A stretch of DNA of 27,706 nucleotides from a virus. Lineage: Duplodnaviria; Caudoviricetes. The translations under genes were made by a program, and so were the position numbers. Under the pieces are notes generated by a model. It saw only the letters and a list, made by a program, of their open reading frames with translations. It made no database searches and was not told the origin of the DNA. This document shows, in pieces, positions 26,158 to 27,706 of the stretch. Location: IMG/VR virus record IMGVR_UViG_3300044709_000009, positions 1 to 27,706 of that record; one strand, 5' to 3'. The stretch's first letter is position 1, and every line of letters begins with the position of its first letter.

Positions 26158-26248
26158 CTGCAAGCTGCCATGTCAAATAGTCTTCTGGCGGCCCACCTAG
26201 ATTGCGTGCATAGTCGCGCGCCTGTTTCACGATGTCTGTTGTAGTCAT
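26048..26248 (-). CDS. Hypothetical protein (66 aa) with ADEIERLR motif
   Basis: ATGA overlap with the nuclease stop and GGAG RBS. Shares the repeat motif with the downstream gene. Confidence 0.7.
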   Translation of the reverse strand: MTTTDIVKQARDYARNLGGPPEDYLTWQLADEIERLRAVITRAKDALLDGQSTQRVHDLLVSALHE

Positions 26249-27327
26249 GGATCAAGTGTCTCCATTAGAGGCGACCAGCGTTCGGTTGTCATTTCGTTGT
26301 CGTATATGTGACGGCGTTGCTCTGATGTCTCACTGCATAGAGGTATGAACGAGCATGAGCGGAAGTAACGGTTGCATGAGTGTGTGTACATAGGTGCGTC
26401 TGTAGGTGCGTCTTCGTATGCATGGATAACATCGAGCGAATGGCGGACCCATGACTGCCACTCGTGGAAGCTTTCTTCGTTGCGTGAGGTAGGGTAGCGC
26501 ATCATTCCGTCGCTGTATGTGGATGACTTAGGCACAGGGAGTTGTAGACCCCACATGACGACGTTGCGTATAGGCATGTCGAGTAGGCATGACATAGCGA
26601 CGCAGTAGCCGGTGACTTGGTTGGATGTGTCGAAGGAGTTGGACCATACAGTGTCGATGCGCGAGCCAGTTTTGTTCTCATGTACTTCAGGCGTCTTGTC
26701 GCTAGGACGTAGTGTGTCTACACACACAGCATCAACACGGCCGATGAAGCGAATGAGTGGAGCGTGGTTGTTGTTGTGTAGTGTGATGTCGAATGGCATC
26801 TCTATGCCGATGCGTGATGCGTCGGAGTTACAGATTGGTATGAAGCGACCAAGTGGATAGCGTTGGACATAGTTGATAGCTGCACTCTCAAGGTTAGCCT
26901 GCGTTCTACGTGCATCACGGGGGTCGTCGTGATAACCTGATGTTTCGAGGAGATTGAGAGCCATCTGCATGCAACGAGTTTCGGCGTCTTCGTTACTACG
27001 ATAGTAAGCGAGCGCCTGCGACCAGCGATCAGGATGTAGTGCATTGGCGAATACACGGTCAGCATATTTGTAGATAGCATCTAGCCTGCCTCCATCATCG
27101 TTCTTGTCGTTCATTATACTGTGTATAAGATCAAAGAAGCGACAAGCTGCAAAGACGTCATGCATCGCGCGACCAGCTTCGAGAGCTAGTACACGTTCGA
27201 CACCAGCAGATAAACGCTTACCATGCCAAGAGTTGATGATCCCCCAACGTGGGCATGTGTTCACGGCTGTTAGGGTGGAGTAGTCTACCCACGGGATCGT
27301 GGTGTCTGTGGTAGGACGTATGATCAC
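26245..27327 (-). CDS. PD-(D/E)XK exonuclease, Cas4/RecB-like with putative Fe-S cysteines
   Basis: Likely start GTG 27327 (GAGGT RBS; the ORF track starts at 27372). Motifs: N-terminal TCPR, GRAMH, IGIE, GRVDAV, HENKT (ExK), QVTGY (QxxxY) and C-terminal CNRYFRSCSFIPLC. Confidence 0.8.
   Translation of the reverse strand: MIIRPTTDTTIPWVDYSTLTAVNTCPRWGIINSWHGKRLSAGVERVLALEAGRAMHDVFAACRFFDLIHSIMNDKNDDGGRLDAIYKYADRVFANALHPDRWSQALAYYRSNEDAETRCMQMALNLLETSGYHDDPRDARRTQANLESAAINYVQRYPLGRFIPICNSDASRIGIEMPFDITLHNNNHAPLIRFIGRVDAVCVDTLRPSDKTPEVHENKTGSRIDTVWSNSFDTSNQVTGYCVAMSCLLDMPIRNVVMWGLQLPVPKSSTYSDGMMRYPTSRNEESFHEWQSWVRHSLDVIHAYEDAPTDAPMYTHSCNRYFRSCSFIPLCSETSEQRRHIYDNEMTTERWSPLMETLDP
27113..27129. 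promoter_or_regulatory. 17-bp palindromic site, degenerate copy 10 (inside nuclease gene)
   Basis: ATTATACT-G-TGTATAAG, one mismatch in the core. Confidence 0.5.
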
Positions 27328-27331
27328 AACA

Positions 27332-27610
27332 TCACCTCTTACCGTTGAGTATCTCAGACACACGACCAGCATTGCGTAAGCCTGTGCGACGAGCGATGTC
27401 TGTCTCTGTCAGATTGAGGTTCTCATGTAGCTTGTGTACTTTAGCCTTCATCTCATCAGTGATGACCTGTGACACAGGGCGTGCGTGGCGAATGTACTTC
27501 TCACGTGTCATGAGTGACACAGCTTTACGCAATTGACGTTTAAGAGATGGGTCGTCTATACACTGTATAACGGCTTCGATCATATCACGTGCGAGGGGGA
27601 TGTTTGACAT
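27332..27610 (-). CDS. Helix-turn-helix DNA-binding protein
   Basis: 92 aa. C-terminal LTETDIARRTGLRNAGRVSEILNGK fits an HTH; GGAGG RBS. Confidence 0.7.
   Translation of the reverse strand: MSNIPLARDMIEAVIQCIDDPSLKRQLRKAVSLMTREKYIRHARPVSQVITDEMKAKVHKLHENLNLTETDIARRTGLRNAGRVSEILNGKR
27555..27571. promoter_or_regulatory. 17-bp palindromic site, copy 11 (inside HTH gene)
   Basis: TCTATACA-C-TGTATAAC, exact 12-bp core. Confidence 0.7.
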
Positions 27611-27705
27611 CAGTGAATGTCCTCCGAAGCTTCGTTGTCAGGGTGCATTGCTTTACGTACGGCGGCCCAATCGTCTTTCAGGCGAGCACCTACGGCTGCG
27701 ATGTT
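27610..27705 (-). CDS. 3' end of a gene truncated by the window edge
   Basis: Open frame ...NIAAVGARLKDDWAAVRKAMHPDNEASEDIH*, whose TGA overlaps the HTH start (TGATG). Confidence 0.55.
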   Translation of the reverse strand, partial: NIAAVGARLKDDWAAVRKAMHPDNEASEDIH

Positions 27706-27706
27706 C

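Noticed and set aside
1-27706. Integrase, att site, tRNA or host genes marking a prophage boundary
   Set aside because: None was seen. Lifestyle (temperate or lytic) cannot be determined from this window.

Overview
This window is a 27.7-kb internal segment of a tailed dsDNA phage (or prophage) genome with podovirus-like organisation, in two convergent arms. The + arm (1-19657) is a virion morphogenesis module: putative head-associated proteins, an adaptor, a nozzle/tail tubular protein B, two tail fibres ending in peptidase-S74-like chaperone domains, two small envelope proteins, a GNAT protein and four putative ejection proteins. One ejection protein carries both lytic-transglycosylase and M15-peptidase motifs. 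The - arm (19661-27706) is a replication/recombination module: a family A DNA polymerase fused to a degenerate uracil-DNA-glycosylase domain, a RecD-like helicase, a DUF669-like SSB, a Sak4-like ATPase, a Cas4-like PD-(D/E)XK nuclease and an HTH protein. The most striking unexplained signal is a 17-bp palindrome (GYTATACA-N-TGTATARC) in at least 11 dispersed copies. Copies lie both between and inside genes (in all three reading frames), and one sits exactly at the junction of the two arms. Other notable signals are apparent avoidance of GANTC and non-canonical polymerase active-site residues (His at the Pol I 762 position, HDG in motif C). All product calls come from motifs and gene order read by eye; no database search was run.
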